DNA of 64,000 nt. Source: Patescibacteria group bacterium (GTDB lineage: Bacteria > Patescibacteriota > UBA1384 > UBA12157 > JAENIV01). The stretch lies in assembly GCA_049515915.1 (NCBI GenBank), contig JBEKTP010000002.1, forward strand, positions 36,524 to 100,523. Direction: 5' to 3'. This document shows positions 20,683 through 30,455 of the stretch, piece by piece. Within the stretch, counting starts at the first letter, position 1. Every line of letters begins with the position of its first letter. A program made the translations under genes and the position numbers. A model generated the notes under the pieces. It was not told where the DNA came from, ran no database searches, and saw only the letters and a program-made list of their open reading frames with translations.

Positions 20683-20791
20683 GAATTTTCAAATCTTAAT
20701 TCTCACTTAATGTTCCAATTTTCAAACTTTAACTAATTGATTCATCAAAAAAATAAATGAAAAATGTAAATTATAAACTGATAATTGGAAC
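20683..20791. repeat. AT-rich heptamer-like imperfect palindrome between ppsA and recX
   Basis: gttccaatt ... aattggaac arms with aattttc/aaatctt/aattctc units. Confidence 0.5.
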
Positions 20792-21211
20792 TTATCTCTT
20801 CAATATTTTGTATATTACGCCTGTCGAAAATCCTCTTCGCGATAAGAATGCCGCCTGATGATTAAAATCTGCCTTACAATATCGCCCTTTTGATTCTATC
20901 GCCTTCCTTGCCAGCTCTTCTTCGTTTTGATCGCCCAAAGCCGCTTCAATATCACTTTCCGATATCCCAAGTTTTTTTAATTCCAACTTCAAAAGATATG
21001 AACCGGAAGGTTTGAGTAGGTTTCTGTCCCTTACCCACATTTTAGCAAATTCGGCATCATCTAACAATTTATTCCGTTTGAGAACCGTGATAACTTTCTC
21101 AATTTCGCTATCGGATATCTTTTTGGTTCTCAGCTTTTGCCCGATTTCAAAAGTAGTCCGTGGTCGAAATTTTAAAAAGTGGAGAGCGATTTGAAGAGGA
21201 TCTTTTCCCAT
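20792..21211 (-). CDS. recX: Regulatory protein RecX
   Basis: ALHFLKFRPRT..EI..KL, LDDAEFA, FLSRRGFS. Confidence 0.9.
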   Translation of the reverse strand: MGKDPLQIALHFLKFRPRTTFEIGQKLRTKKISDSEIEKVITVLKRNKLLDDAEFAKMWVRDRNLLKPSGSYLLKLELKKLGISESDIEAALGDQNEEELARKAIESKGRYCKADFNHQAAFLSRRGFSTGVIYKILKR

Positions 21212-21276
21212 AACAATATTTTAAAGCTCAAAATCCAAAGGTCAAATTTTTTGACATTTGTCATTCGGATTTTCGG

Positions 21277-21993
21277 TCACTCTATTTTCTCTAACTTAGC
21301 TTGGAAAACCAAACGTTTCCAATCTGTATACGGTGGGTCGCAGGTATAAAAGGTCAACATCCAGTCATCAACATTTTGAAATAAGCTAGTGTCAGTCGGC
21401 GAAACTGTCTGGCTCTTAAAAACCTGATAATCATAGTTTTTACCTTCGTAATTAATTGTCACCATATCGCCAACGGATACATCGCGCAGTTTAAAAAAAA
21501 CCTTAGCGTAAGGATTATTGGGATTTAAATCGGTGTTATGGCCCGCTAAAACGACATTACCTTTTTGATTTGGCCAAACCGAGTCGGGATGATGACCGAT
21601 TCCTTTGGAAAGTGAATCCTCGCCGATGCCTTCAATAATCGGTGCGTTGATTTCAATTTTGGAATTTTTTAAATAAAAAGTGGCCACGCCGGCAATGGGC
21701 GAGGGAGATACCGAGAGCGTGGGCGAGGGCAAGCTCTCGCCTAAAATTTGAGAACCGTTTTGGTGATTGATAGCACTTTTAATCCAATAATTGAGCCATG
21801 GTTCGGCGATAATGACAAAAACGGTGACAATCCAGAAGGTTAAAACAATTTGAGCGACGCGATAAAAATAGTAGACGTTCGAGTTCGGAGACGCTTTTCG
21901 GCTCTTTTTGAGAATTGACTCAACTTCTTTCAAATCGAGAACATTATTAGGATTTGATTTATCCGGCCGGCCAATTGTATCAAATGATTTCAT
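21277..21993 (-). CDS. Sortase
   Basis: GNVVLAGH, LTFYTC, KRLV catalytic His/Cys/Arg; N-terminal TM. Confidence 0.9.
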   Translation of the reverse strand: MKSFDTIGRPDKSNPNNVLDLKEVESILKKSRKASPNSNVYYFYRVAQIVLTFWIVTVFVIIAEPWLNYWIKSAINHQNGSQILGESLPSPTLSVSPSPIAGVATFYLKNSKIEINAPIIEGIGEDSLSKGIGHHPDSVWPNQKGNVVLAGHNTDLNPNNPYAKVFFKLRDVSVGDMVTINYEGKNYDYQVFKSQTVSPTDTSLFQNVDDWMLTFYTCDPPYTDWKRLVFQAKLEKIE

Positions 21994-21994
21994 A

Positions 21995-22100
21995 ATAAAT
22001 ATAAAATTTAAATCTCAAATCTCAAAATTACAATCTAAAGTTTAAAATTTTAGATTTTACACTGTCATTTTGCATTTTGAGATTTACATTTTGAGATTCG
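21995..22100. repeat. Heptamer-periodic imperfect palindrome
   Basis: aatctca aatctca aaattac ... tgcattt tgagatt tacattt tgagatt. Confidence 0.7.
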
Positions 22101-22102
22101 AC

Positions 22103-23581
22103 TTATCTGATTCTTTTTCCCAGCCAGTATCGGAGTCCGAATAATCCTGAGAGAATCCCGGCGCCCGCCAACGGGATTTCGGCGCCGGTTTTGGCACTAT
22201 TCGTCGTTGTGCCTGATCCTGTTCCGGTATTGCCGGAATTGGTATTGGTCGTCGGAGAAAGAGTGGGTGAAGTCACGCTGGGCGAGGTGGTAGAGGTATT
22301 GATAAAAGCGTTATAGATAAAAGCCGCTAAAACCGCGCGGGTGATTTGCTGGCTGGGACAATAGAGCAGCCCTCCGGAGCTATCGGTGCCGCAACCTTTA
22401 GTGTAGCCGGCCTGATAGATAGCATTGATTTCGGCATAGCCGAAATCGCCCGGCTTGACGTCGCTGAAAACCTGAGTGCCGGTGCTATTTAAAGGCAAGT
22501 TTTTGGCCCGGGCGATGACCACGGCCGCCGTCGCGCGATTAGCAATTGCATCATTGCCGCTGGTCGCCACATCGGGGCGAAAAGTGCCGTCGCCGAAACC
22601 TTGCATTATGCCCGCCTTATTTAGGCCCTCAATTTCTTGATAAGCCCAATAGCCAATCGGCACATCGGAAAAAGTCGGGGTCGGATTATTGAAAAGGTTA
22701 TTCGTCGCTCGTCCGATCGCCACGGCCACCATCGCTCGATCGGCCAAATCATCTGGTTTAAATTCCAAGGGGTAACCGATCATATAGCCTTGAGCATTGT
22801 CGTATTCGATATATTTATAAGCGACATTGGTCACCGCCACGTCGTCAAAGGTCGGCGTGGCCGGCCCGGCCGGCACCGCCGCATCAGAGCCGGCTTTGGC
22901 TAGGGCAATGGTAACCGCCAAGTCAGCCCGGGTCGCCGCTTGATCGGGCTTAAAGGTGCCATCGGGATAACCGGTCATTAAGCCGTGCTGGGTGGCATAA
23001 TAAATGTAGTTGAAAGCTACATTGGTGGTGGTCACATCCGAAAAAGGTGAGGTGACATTGCCTGGATTGGGAACACTCGTCTTACCGCCGGCCACCGCAC
23101 TGGCAATAAAAATAGCTAAATCCGAACGCGTCGCCGCTTGATCGGGCTTAAAGGTGCCATCGGGATAACCGTCCAACCATCCCGCCGCCTTTAATCCCTC
23201 AATATATTGATAAGCCCAATAGGTAGTGGGGACGTCGGAAAATGTCGGGGCCGTCGGGTTGGCCGTTTTGCCGTAGGCCTTGCCGATAGCCGTCGCCACA
23301 TCGGCGCGAGTAGCATTTTGGTCGGGTTTAAATTCATGATAACCGATCATCCAGCCTTTTTGGTTAACGGCTTCAATCTGATTGAAAGCCCAGTATTGGC
23401 CTTGATAATTATTATTAGGATCGCCCATCGGGACGTCAGAAAAAGTTTGAGTCAGCGTGGTGGCAGGCGTTGCCGCTTTTGGTTTGATTTGACCGTTTTT
23501 ATAATTCCACCAGAAAAAAATCCCGGCGGCTAAAACAACGACGACCAGAATTGAAAGATATATCCAAGTTTTTTGACTCAT
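22103..23581 (-). CDS. Surface protein with six SLH domains and a sortase-like C-terminal signal
   Basis: Six F.DV....GY.DGTFKPD..ATRA-type units; ends SAKTG + hydrophobic stretch + KRIR. Confidence 0.88.
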   Translation of the reverse strand: MSQKTWIYLSILVVVVLAAGIFFWWNYKNGQIKPKAATPATTLTQTFSDVPMGDPNNNYQGQYWAFNQIEAVNQKGWMIGYHEFKPDQNATRADVATAIGKAYGKTANPTAPTFSDVPTTYWAYQYIEGLKAAGWLDGYPDGTFKPDQAATRSDLAIFIASAVAGGKTSVPNPGNVTSPFSDVTTTNVAFNYIYYATQHGLMTGYPDGTFKPDQAATRADLAVTIALAKAGSDAAVPAGPATPTFDDVAVTNVAYKYIEYDNAQGYMIGYPLEFKPDDLADRAMVAVAIGRATNNLFNNPTPTFSDVPIGYWAYQEIEGLNKAGIMQGFGDGTFRPDVATSGNDAIANRATAAVVIARAKNLPLNSTGTQVFSDVKPGDFGYAEINAIYQAGYTKGCGTDSSGGLLYCPSQQITRAVLAAFIYNAFINTSTTSPSVTSPTLSPTTNTNSGNTGTGSGTTTNSAKTGAEIPLAGAGILSGLFGLRYWLGKRIR

Positions 23582-23707
23582 CGGCCCCTCCTCAAAGGCG
23601 CGCCCAACATCGAAACTTGGCGCAATAAATAAATGCTACTTACATCATAAAAAAGTATTCGATAGATGTCAAATAAAATGCAAAAAATAAAGATTAAAGC
23701 TTAAAAT

Positions 23708-24766
23708 TTATTTTTCAGACTGTTTTCTAATTATCTCTTCTATTTCCTTGGCAATCTTGGGATTTTCAGCCAAGAACTGTTTGGCTCCCTCGCGGCCCTG
23801 GCCCAACTTTTCTTGACCAAATTGATACCAGGCGCCGGTTTTAGAAATGACGTCTAGTTTCGTTCCTAAATCCAAAATATCGCCTTCTTTCGAGATACCA
23901 TGGCCAAACATCAAGTCAAACTCAGCTACTTTAAACGGCGGCGCCACCTTATTTTTGACGACTTTAACTTTCAACCGATTGCCGATGGGATTGTCGCCTT
24001 CTTTGATTTGCTCAATCCGACGAATATCCAACCTTATAGTCGCATAAAATTTCAACGCCATACCGCCGGTCGTCGTTTCCGGATTGCCAAACATGACGCC
24101 GATTTTCATTCTTAATTGATTGATAAAAATGATGACCGCCTTTGAGCGCGAAATGGCGCCGGTCAGTTTCCGGAGCGCTTGAGACATCAACCGTGCCTGC
24201 ATTCCCATCATGGCATCCCCCATCTCACCCTCGATTTCCGCCCGCGGCACCAACGCGGCCACCGAGTCAATGACAATAATATCAACGGCGTTGGAACGTA
24301 CAAGCGTTTCAGCGATCTCCAGTGCCTGTTCGCCCGTGTCCGGTTGGGAAATTAAAAGATCCTCAACATTAATGCCAATGTTTTTGGCATATTCCGGATC
24401 AAAAGCGTGCTCGGCATCAATAAAGGCAGCAATGCCTCCTTTTTTTTGAGCTTCCGCAATAGCATGAAGAGCCACCGTCGTCTTGCCCACCGATTCAGGA
24501 CCGAAAACTTCAATAATACGGCCGCGCGGTAAACCTCCCACCCCCAAAGCCAAATCCATCGAAAGCGAACCAGTTGAAATGACATCCAAAATCAAACTTT
24601 TTTTCTCACCGAATTTCATAATGGCTCCGGAACCAAACTGGCGTTCAATTTGATTTAAAGCCATCTCAAGAGCTTCTTCCCTACCTTTATCCATCGTGCG
24701 CCCGCCAGGCAGAGCCCCAGTGGATCTGCCTCCCGAGCGGTGCCCCTTTTCATCTTTTGAAGCCAT
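23708..24766 (-). CDS. recA: Recombinase A
   Basis: [39 protein letters not shown]. Confidence 0.98.
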   Translation of the reverse strand: MASKDEKGHRSGGRSTGALPGGRTMDKGREEALEMALNQIERQFGSGAIMKFGEKKSLILDVISTGSLSMDLALGVGGLPRGRIIEVFGPESVGKTTVALHAIAEAQKKGGIAAFIDAEHAFDPEYAKNIGINVEDLLISQPDTGEQALEIAETLVRSNAVDIIVIDSVAALVPRAEIEGEMGDAMMGMQARLMSQALRKLTGAISRSKAVIIFINQLRMKIGVMFGNPETTTGGMALKFYATIRLDIRRIEQIKEGDNPIGNRLKVKVVKNKVAPPFKVAEFDLMFGHGISKEGDILDLGTKLDVISKTGAWYQFGQEKLGQGREGAKQFLAENPKIAKEIEEIIRKQSEK

Positions 24767-24847
24767 TATTGCCTTTCAATCCCCCAAAATTAGATTACTG
24801 ATTTCAGGTTATAGGTCTCAGCCAGAAAAATAAAACTGACACCTTTT

Positions 24848-25549
24848 TCAAAATTCGGCCAAAACTTGAATCACTTTGTCCGATTCTTTTTTGACACGGT
24901 TGGTGGAGGAAACTTCAATATTATTGATGCCCGGCTCAAGGCGAACCATTTGTTTAAAGTTGCCTAAATTATCAATATAAACCGTTTGATCGTTAATTCT
25001 TAGACTGCAACCGATATCAGTTTTGCCATCGACTTCCACACTATCCTGCCGCACGACCGTCTGGGTTGACGGAGCGCTAATTTCAAGATTAGGGGGCGCC
25101 AGAAAATGGCGAATCGAATAAAAAATATAGCCGCCCAGAACCACTAACAATAAAACGCCGCCCAGAATCGCCAAAACACGCGGGGTTAAAAAAAACCTTT
25201 CACTTTTAATCCGGGCTTTAATCGGCAGAACTTGTTCACCCGCCGATCCCTTTTCCCGACGGTATTCCAATAAAATTTCGTCCTTAGGTAAATCCAAAAG
25301 GTCAGCGTATTTAGAAAGAAATCCTAAAGCATAGACATCGGCTGGCAACGCCAAATAGTCACCAATCTCGAAGGCTTGCAAATATTTCAGCCTGACTTTG
25401 GTTTCTTCTTCCGCCTGCTCTAAAGTCAGTTTTTTCTTTTTTCGAGCCGCTTTGAGGCGTTTCCCTAAAGTCTTGTCAAGACGTAATTTTTTACGAAAAA
25501 AAATCTGAGCCACGCTCTCATTGTTAAGCGGGAATACCAAGACTGTCAA
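24848..25549 (-). CDS. RodZ-like HTH membrane protein with C-terminal Ig-like domain
   Basis: LGKRLKAAR..YLQAFEIGDY..LP..VYALGFL..YA; start may be GTG 25513. Confidence 0.8.
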   Translation of the reverse strand: MTVLVFPLNNESVAQIFFRKKLRLDKTLGKRLKAARKKKKLTLEQAEEETKVRLKYLQAFEIGDYLALPADVYALGFLSKYADLLDLPKDEILLEYRREKGSAGEQVLPIKARIKSERFFLTPRVLAILGGVLLLVVLGGYIFYSIRHFLAPPNLEISAPSTQTVVRQDSVEVDGKTDIGCSLRINDQTVYIDNLGNFKQMVRLEPGINNIEVSSTNRVKKESDKVIQVLAEF

Positions 25550-25580
25550 GCCGTGGACGAACGTTCTCCCTCAGTCAGTT

Positions 25581-26174
25581 TCAAATTAAGTGAAGAGTTC
25601 TGAGAAAAGTAAGATAAAAATTAAAGTTATTTAAGATGCCGACAAGAATGGTTGCAATAATTAAGAATGGAATTAAATTGAGACGGATTGATTTATGAGC
25701 AAAAGCCACAATAATAATTTGAATCAAAATCATTAAAAGCAAAGCACCGATAAGGACGATCAAAACATCCGGATAGCCGGCCACCAAGGTAGTCGCGAAA
25801 ACAACCCAAAGGTCAGATTTTTTAAATAACGGCCTTTTGAACAATTTATAAACGATAACAGCCACGACGGTAAAAGAAACGGCAACTAAAACATAAACCA
25901 AAAAGGTTTGAGCAATATACCACAGGTTGCTCTTTAGAAAACTCGGCGTTTTAAGAAGGTATGGCCCGAACGTTGAGTGCTTAGTAACCCAATAAAAAAT
26001 GAACATTTTGGCGAGCATTTGAAAAGCAAAAATGCCAAAGACTAAAAAAGTAGCTCTTCGAGCAGTTTTAAGACCAATACCCTTCTTAAAAAACTCCAGC
26101 CAAAGAAGCCATAAAAACGTTAAAATTGCGATGATAAACGGTACCCAAAAAACGACTCGGTAAAGCCAAATCAA
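25581..26174 (-). CDS. Multi-TM protein, possibly a degenerate prepilin-peptidase C-terminal domain
   Basis: Several TM helices; next to a pilin; FKKSD at the usual GxGD position; RLNLIPFL like I.F.PFL. Confidence 0.5.
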   Translation of the reverse strand: MIWLYRVVFWVPFIIAILTFLWLLWLEFFKKGIGLKTARRATFLVFGIFAFQMLAKMFIFYWVTKHSTFGPYLLKTPSFLKSNLWYIAQTFLVYVLVAVSFTVVAVIVYKLFKRPLFKKSDLWVVFATTLVAGYPDVLIVLIGALLLMILIQIIIVAFAHKSIRLNLIPFLIIATILVGILNNFNFYLTFLRTLHLI

Positions 26175-26183
26175 TTTAATCCC

Positions 26184-26705
26184 CTACGGTAAAATTGTTA
26201 AATTTGTTCCATATTCATAAAGAGAAGAATTATTGCCGCCGTCAGACGATTCTTTGGTTATATAATCAGAACTTTCGAAGGCGCAATCAAGCTCGTAGGT
26301 TTTTGTTTTAGGATCAACGCCAAAACGATAATAAAGATTTTTCGACTTATTGTTAGTGGGGTCAACGGGCAGTGATGAGAGCGGTGAGCCAGAGGAGACG
26401 AGATTAAAATCAATCGGAATCCAACCGGTCCCGTTTATCTTTTCTCTGGTCGAGCTAGTGCCTTGCGTCGAATCGTAAATCACCCCGGCGCTTAAGCCGT
26501 TAAAGTTATGATTATCGGCTAAATATAAATTAATGGCCGAACCAATAGAAGTGAGATCCAAAATTCTTTGGGAATCGCGTGATTTTTCGGCAATCTGAGC
26601 CGGTTTAACCACTAAAATGATAATGACGAGCGCCACTGCGATGATAGCCACAGCTATTATCAACTCCAGCCAAGCGACGCCTCGAGCCTTTGGCCCTTCG
26701 GCCAT
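26184..26705 (-). CDS. Type IV pilin/pseudopilin-like protein
   Basis: KARG/VAWLELIIAVAII with Glu+5; KSRDSQRILDL; LPVDP. Confidence 0.8.
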   Translation of the reverse strand: MAEGPKARGVAWLELIIAVAIIAVALVIIILVVKPAQIAEKSRDSQRILDLTSIGSAINLYLADNHNFNGLSAGVIYDSTQGTSSTREKINGTGWIPIDFNLVSSGSPLSSLPVDPTNNKSKNLYYRFGVDPKTKTYELDCAFESSDYITKESSDGGNNSSLYEYGTNLTILP

Positions 26706-26743
26706 ACCGTCTCCTTTTTCATAACAATCTTACTAACACTAAC

Positions 26744-27136
26744 TCATTCTTGTTGAGCTTTTCGCTCCGCCAAAAAATTTTCAACCTTATCCACCACCTG
26801 TTGAGGCGTGACATCGGCTTTAACTAAATAATCAATCGCGCCAAGTTTAAAGCACTCAAAAACCGCGTCTTCCTGACCAAAATTGGTCAGTAAGATGACC
26901 GGGGTGTTAACCGTTACTGGTTGACTCCGCATTTTTTTAAACATGGCTAAACCGTCGAGCTTCGGCAACATAATATCAAGTAAAATAAGATCGGGTTTTT
27001 CGGAGGTCGCTTTTTCCAAACCTTCCAAACCATCGTAGGCAACCGCTACGTCATACCCATCCGCTAAGAATTTTCTTTCATACATTTTCACCAAAGTGAC
27101 GTCATCTTCCACTAAAAGCAATTTGGCCTTAGCCAT
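26744..27136 (-). CDS. Single-domain response regulator
   Basis: LLVEDD, LLDIMLP, LTN, YLVK. Confidence 0.93.
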   Translation of the reverse strand: MAKAKLLLVEDDVTLVKMYERKFLADGYDVAVAYDGLEGLEKATSEKPDLILLDIMLPKLDGLAMFKKMRSQPVTVNTPVILLTNFGQEDAVFECFKLGAIDYLVKADVTPQQVVDKVENFLAERKAQQE

Positions 27137-27185
27137 TTTTCTCCTTCGGTTGTATTGTATGTTATTTTAGTTTACTACTCAAACT

Positions 27186-29276
27186 TTAGACCGTCGGCGA
27201 GCTAAAACAAAAATCCGAACCTTTTCCTTCGACGGACGAAACTCTAATTTCGCCACCCATCATCTCGACTAGTTTCTTGGTAATCCAAAGCCCCAAGCCG
27301 GTGCCGGTAATCGTCCGGGTTTTATCAGTTTTAACCCGATAAAACTTAGCAAATAATTTCTTTTGTTCTTCAGGACTAATGCCATAACCCGTATCTTTGA
27401 CGTGGCAAAAAACTTTACCTTCTTTTTTTTCAAGGGCAATTTCAACTTTGCCGGCCGCTGTGTATTTAATAGCGTTACCGATTAAATTAATCAAAACTTG
27501 TCGGACTCTTTCTGGGTCAGCTTTAACCTTGTATTTGTCATCGGAATTTCCAATTTCGGATTTTAATTCTAAGCCCTTATCCTTGGCTTGAATCGAAAGC
27601 TCCTTAATTACCTCAGAAACCAGTTTGCCTAAATCCATAGGCACCGGCTTAATCTGAATCCGGCCCTCCTCGATCCGGCCGACATTTAGAAGATCATCGA
27701 CCAAATCAGCTAAACGCTGATTAATTTTGACCACTTCTTCAATCATCTCTTTCGTTTCCGGATTAACCCGACCGGTGTCGCCTTGCAAAATCATATCCAA
27801 ATAGCCTTTAATACCCGTAATCGGAGTACGCAGTTCGTGAGTGGCAATGGAAACAAGTTCCCGCTTCATCTGTTCAACTTCCAAGTCTTTAGAAATATTG
27901 CGGAAAACAACGATGGCCCCTATCACTTTATCCACGCTGTCGCGAATGGCGGCACAGGAAACCCAAGCCGGAAAATTTTCGCCGTGGCGATTAGAGAGAT
28001 AAACTTCCTGCAATGTTTCCGGCTGCCCGGAGGAGAGAACTTTATTGACTGGCAATTTGTCTTCGGACAAAGGAAATTCATGCTTGTCAGTAAATTTCAA
28101 CATATCTTTGACCGATTTACCGAGTGTTTCTTCTTCCAGAAACCCCAAAATATTTTCGCCCTCGGAATTTAGAAGGATAATTTTTTGATCCTGGTCGCAA
28201 GCCAAGACCCCTTCGCCAATCGAAGAAAGTAGAGCACTATCTTTTTTATGCTCTTCTTCAATCTCTTGATACATATAAGAGGAATTAACGACGACCGCCG
28301 CCTGTGATGAGAGAATGGCAAAAAGCCTTAAATCATCATTAGTGAAATTATGAGGGTTTTTCGACATGACGTGAATCACCCCCAATGTTTGGGATTTAAC
28401 TTTCAGTGGCGCGGCGATCAGACTTTTGACGCCATCAATGCCCGCGCGAGAGAGAACCTTACCTGTTTCGGTATCAATCTCACTTTCCAACTGCGGGACG
28501 CCTTTACAGAAAGCTTGCCCAGTAATTCCCTCGTCGGAGCGCATCCTTAGATCGGTAATCTGCTCGTCTGTTAACTTATAAGCCGGTTTGACCGAATGAA
28601 GGAGTTTATCTTGATGATTAAATAACGTAATGACACCGCGGTCGCCCCGGAGCATCCTCACAATTAAAGCGAGGATAGACGAAAGAGTTTCTTCAAAATT
28701 AAAAACGGTCGAAATGCTCCGCGAAAGTTCGTTTAGGGCCGAGAGCTCGGCCATTTTTTTCCGATTGTCAATGAGAAGTTCGGTCGAGCGAATACTGGCA
28801 ATCGCAATGGCCGCTTGATTAGCCACCGTCGAAATGAGATCAATATCTTTCTGAGAAAACTGTCTCGGCTTAAAATTAAAAAAGCTAATCACACCAAGGA
28901 TTTGGTCATGGGTAATCATCGGCACGGTGATTAAAGAGTGAAAGCCACCCTGGGCTAAAATTTTACTGGCAATTTGAGAAGTTTTTAGATCGGTAATGAC
29001 GGTTGGCTGACGTGTTTTAACCACGCCCCAAGAGACGCCGCCTTCCCGAGCCGAAATCGGCAATTCTTTCATCATATGCTCCGGCATCCCCACGGCGGTT
29101 CGCCGAATCATTTTATCCCCCTCTAAAGTCATGATCGTGCCGGCATCAAGGGCCAGTGCTTTGACTACTGTTTTAATCAACGGTTCCCAAAGACTCTCTA
29201 AATCATGCGCCTCAGCCGCAATTTTTGAGATCTCATAAAGCGAATCTAAAACAACTTTATTATCCTGTCCATCCAT
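27186..29276 (-). CDS. GAF-GAF-PAS sensor histidine kinase
   Basis: Two GAF domains, PAS, THELRTP, NAIKYT, GTGLGL. Confidence 0.93.
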   Translation of the reverse strand: MDGQDNKVVLDSLYEISKIAAEAHDLESLWEPLIKTVVKALALDAGTIMTLEGDKMIRRTAVGMPEHMMKELPISAREGGVSWGVVKTRQPTVITDLKTSQIASKILAQGGFHSLITVPMITHDQILGVISFFNFKPRQFSQKDIDLISTVANQAAIAIASIRSTELLIDNRKKMAELSALNELSRSISTVFNFEETLSSILALIVRMLRGDRGVITLFNHQDKLLHSVKPAYKLTDEQITDLRMRSDEGITGQAFCKGVPQLESEIDTETGKVLSRAGIDGVKSLIAAPLKVKSQTLGVIHVMSKNPHNFTNDDLRLFAILSSQAAVVVNSSYMYQEIEEEHKKDSALLSSIGEGVLACDQDQKIILLNSEGENILGFLEEETLGKSVKDMLKFTDKHEFPLSEDKLPVNKVLSSGQPETLQEVYLSNRHGENFPAWVSCAAIRDSVDKVIGAIVVFRNISKDLEVEQMKRELVSIATHELRTPITGIKGYLDMILQGDTGRVNPETKEMIEEVVKINQRLADLVDDLLNVGRIEEGRIQIKPVPMDLGKLVSEVIKELSIQAKDKGLELKSEIGNSDDKYKVKADPERVRQVLINLIGNAIKYTAAGKVEIALEKKEGKVFCHVKDTGYGISPEEQKKLFAKFYRVKTDKTRTITGTGLGLWITKKLVEMMGGEIRVSSVEGKGSDFCFSSPTV

Positions 29277-29662
29277 TATGCCTCTTTATTTTTCAAAACT
29301 TGGTTGACACTTTGAACCAGTTCTTGAAGCGAAGTTTTGTACTTAATGAGATATTTTTTAACGCCCAGTTTTTTTCCCTCTTCCATAAAAAGATCGGTGG
29401 TGCCAAGATTAGTTATGACAATTACTTTGATTGACGCTAACTCGGCATTGTCTCGCAGATTATGAATAAAACTAAACCCATCCATTCCCGGCATCATAAT
29501 GTCGAGTAAAATCAAATCGGGCAATTCTTGCTTGGCGATCGTCAGTCCTGCGCCGCCGGTCGAAGCCGTAAAAACTTTATAGCCAAGCTGCCCGAGCTCC
29601 CTTTTATACAAATCCAAGATCGATAAATCGTCTTCGACGATAAGAATCTTTTGTTCTTCCAT
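29276..29662 (-). CDS. Single-domain response regulator
   Basis: ILIVEDD, LLDIMMP; AAGGAG RBS before MEEQK. Confidence 0.92.
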   Translation of the reverse strand: MEEQKILIVEDDLSILDLYKRELGQLGYKVFTASTGGAGLTIAKQELPDLILLDIMMPGMDGFSFIHNLRDNAELASIKVIVITNLGTTDLFMEEGKKLGVKKYLIKYKTSLQELVQSVNQVLKNKEA

Positions 29663-29705
29663 CCCCACTCCTTTTGGATTTTTTACCTGAGTAGTTCTCA
29701 ACTAA

Positions 29706-30455
29706 TTACTTAAAAGCTCTTAAGGCAAAACTAAAGGTCGAGCCTTGGCCGACGGCGGAATTTTCCAACCAGACTTTGCCTCCTTGGGCTTCGGCCAAAC
29801 GTTTTGAAAGGTAAAGCCCGATGCCCGTCCCGCGCTCTTGACCGGTTAAAGTTAAGTTTCCTTTTGAAAATAACTGAAAAATTCTTTCCTGGTCTTCCTT
29901 TTGAATGCCAATACCGCTATCTTGGACATCGGCAACAATCCAACTAGGTGTTTGACGCAATGATACCGTTATCTGGCCCTTTTCATGGGTAAACTTAATG
30001 GCGTTAAGTGTTAGTGTCAATAAGACTTCGCGGACTCGATCCGGATCTCCCCGAACCAAAAGTTTCTCTTTGGCAGGCACGAATTGAAGACTAATATTTT
30101 TATCTTTAGCCCGAATATCACAATCTTTTACCACCTGGTCGGCTTGAGCGGCAAAATCAACTTTACTAAGTTTAAATTCGAATTCTTTCTCTTGGATCTT
30201 GGCGATTTTGAGCATTCGACTGACTAAACGAATCAAACGGTCGTTGGCGACGTAAGCTTGAGCTAAATATTCTTTCGCTTTGGCCGGAATCGAGCCGCTA
30301 TCGCCTTCTAAAACCATTGAAAGATAGCCTTTAACCTCTGTCATCGGCGTTCGGAGTTCATGCGACATGACCGATAAGAACTCCTGCTTTTCGGCTTCAA
30401 GCATGATTTTTAATCTCTTAATTTCTTCCAGGCTCTGATTAGCTTCGGTCATCAT
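29706..30455 (-). CDS. Sensorless histidine kinase (HisKA + HATPase only)
   Basis: SHELRTP, NAIKFT, DSGIG, GTGIGL; only ~25 aa before HisKA. Confidence 0.9.
   Translation of the reverse strand: MMTEANQSLEEIKRLKIMLEAEKQEFLSVMSHELRTPMTEVKGYLSMVLEGDSGSIPAKAKEYLAQAYVANDRLIRLVSRMLKIAKIQEKEFEFKLSKVDFAAQADQVVKDCDIRAKDKNISLQFVPAKEKLLVRGDPDRVREVLLTLTLNAIKFTHEKGQITVSLRQTPSWIVADVQDSGIGIQKEDQERIFQLFSKGNLTLTGQERGTGIGLYLSKRLAEAQGGKVWLENSAVGQGSTFSFALRAFK

Noticed and set aside
21995-22100. Repeat tracts as a CRISPR array
   Set aside because: No constant repeat with unique spacers and no cas genes
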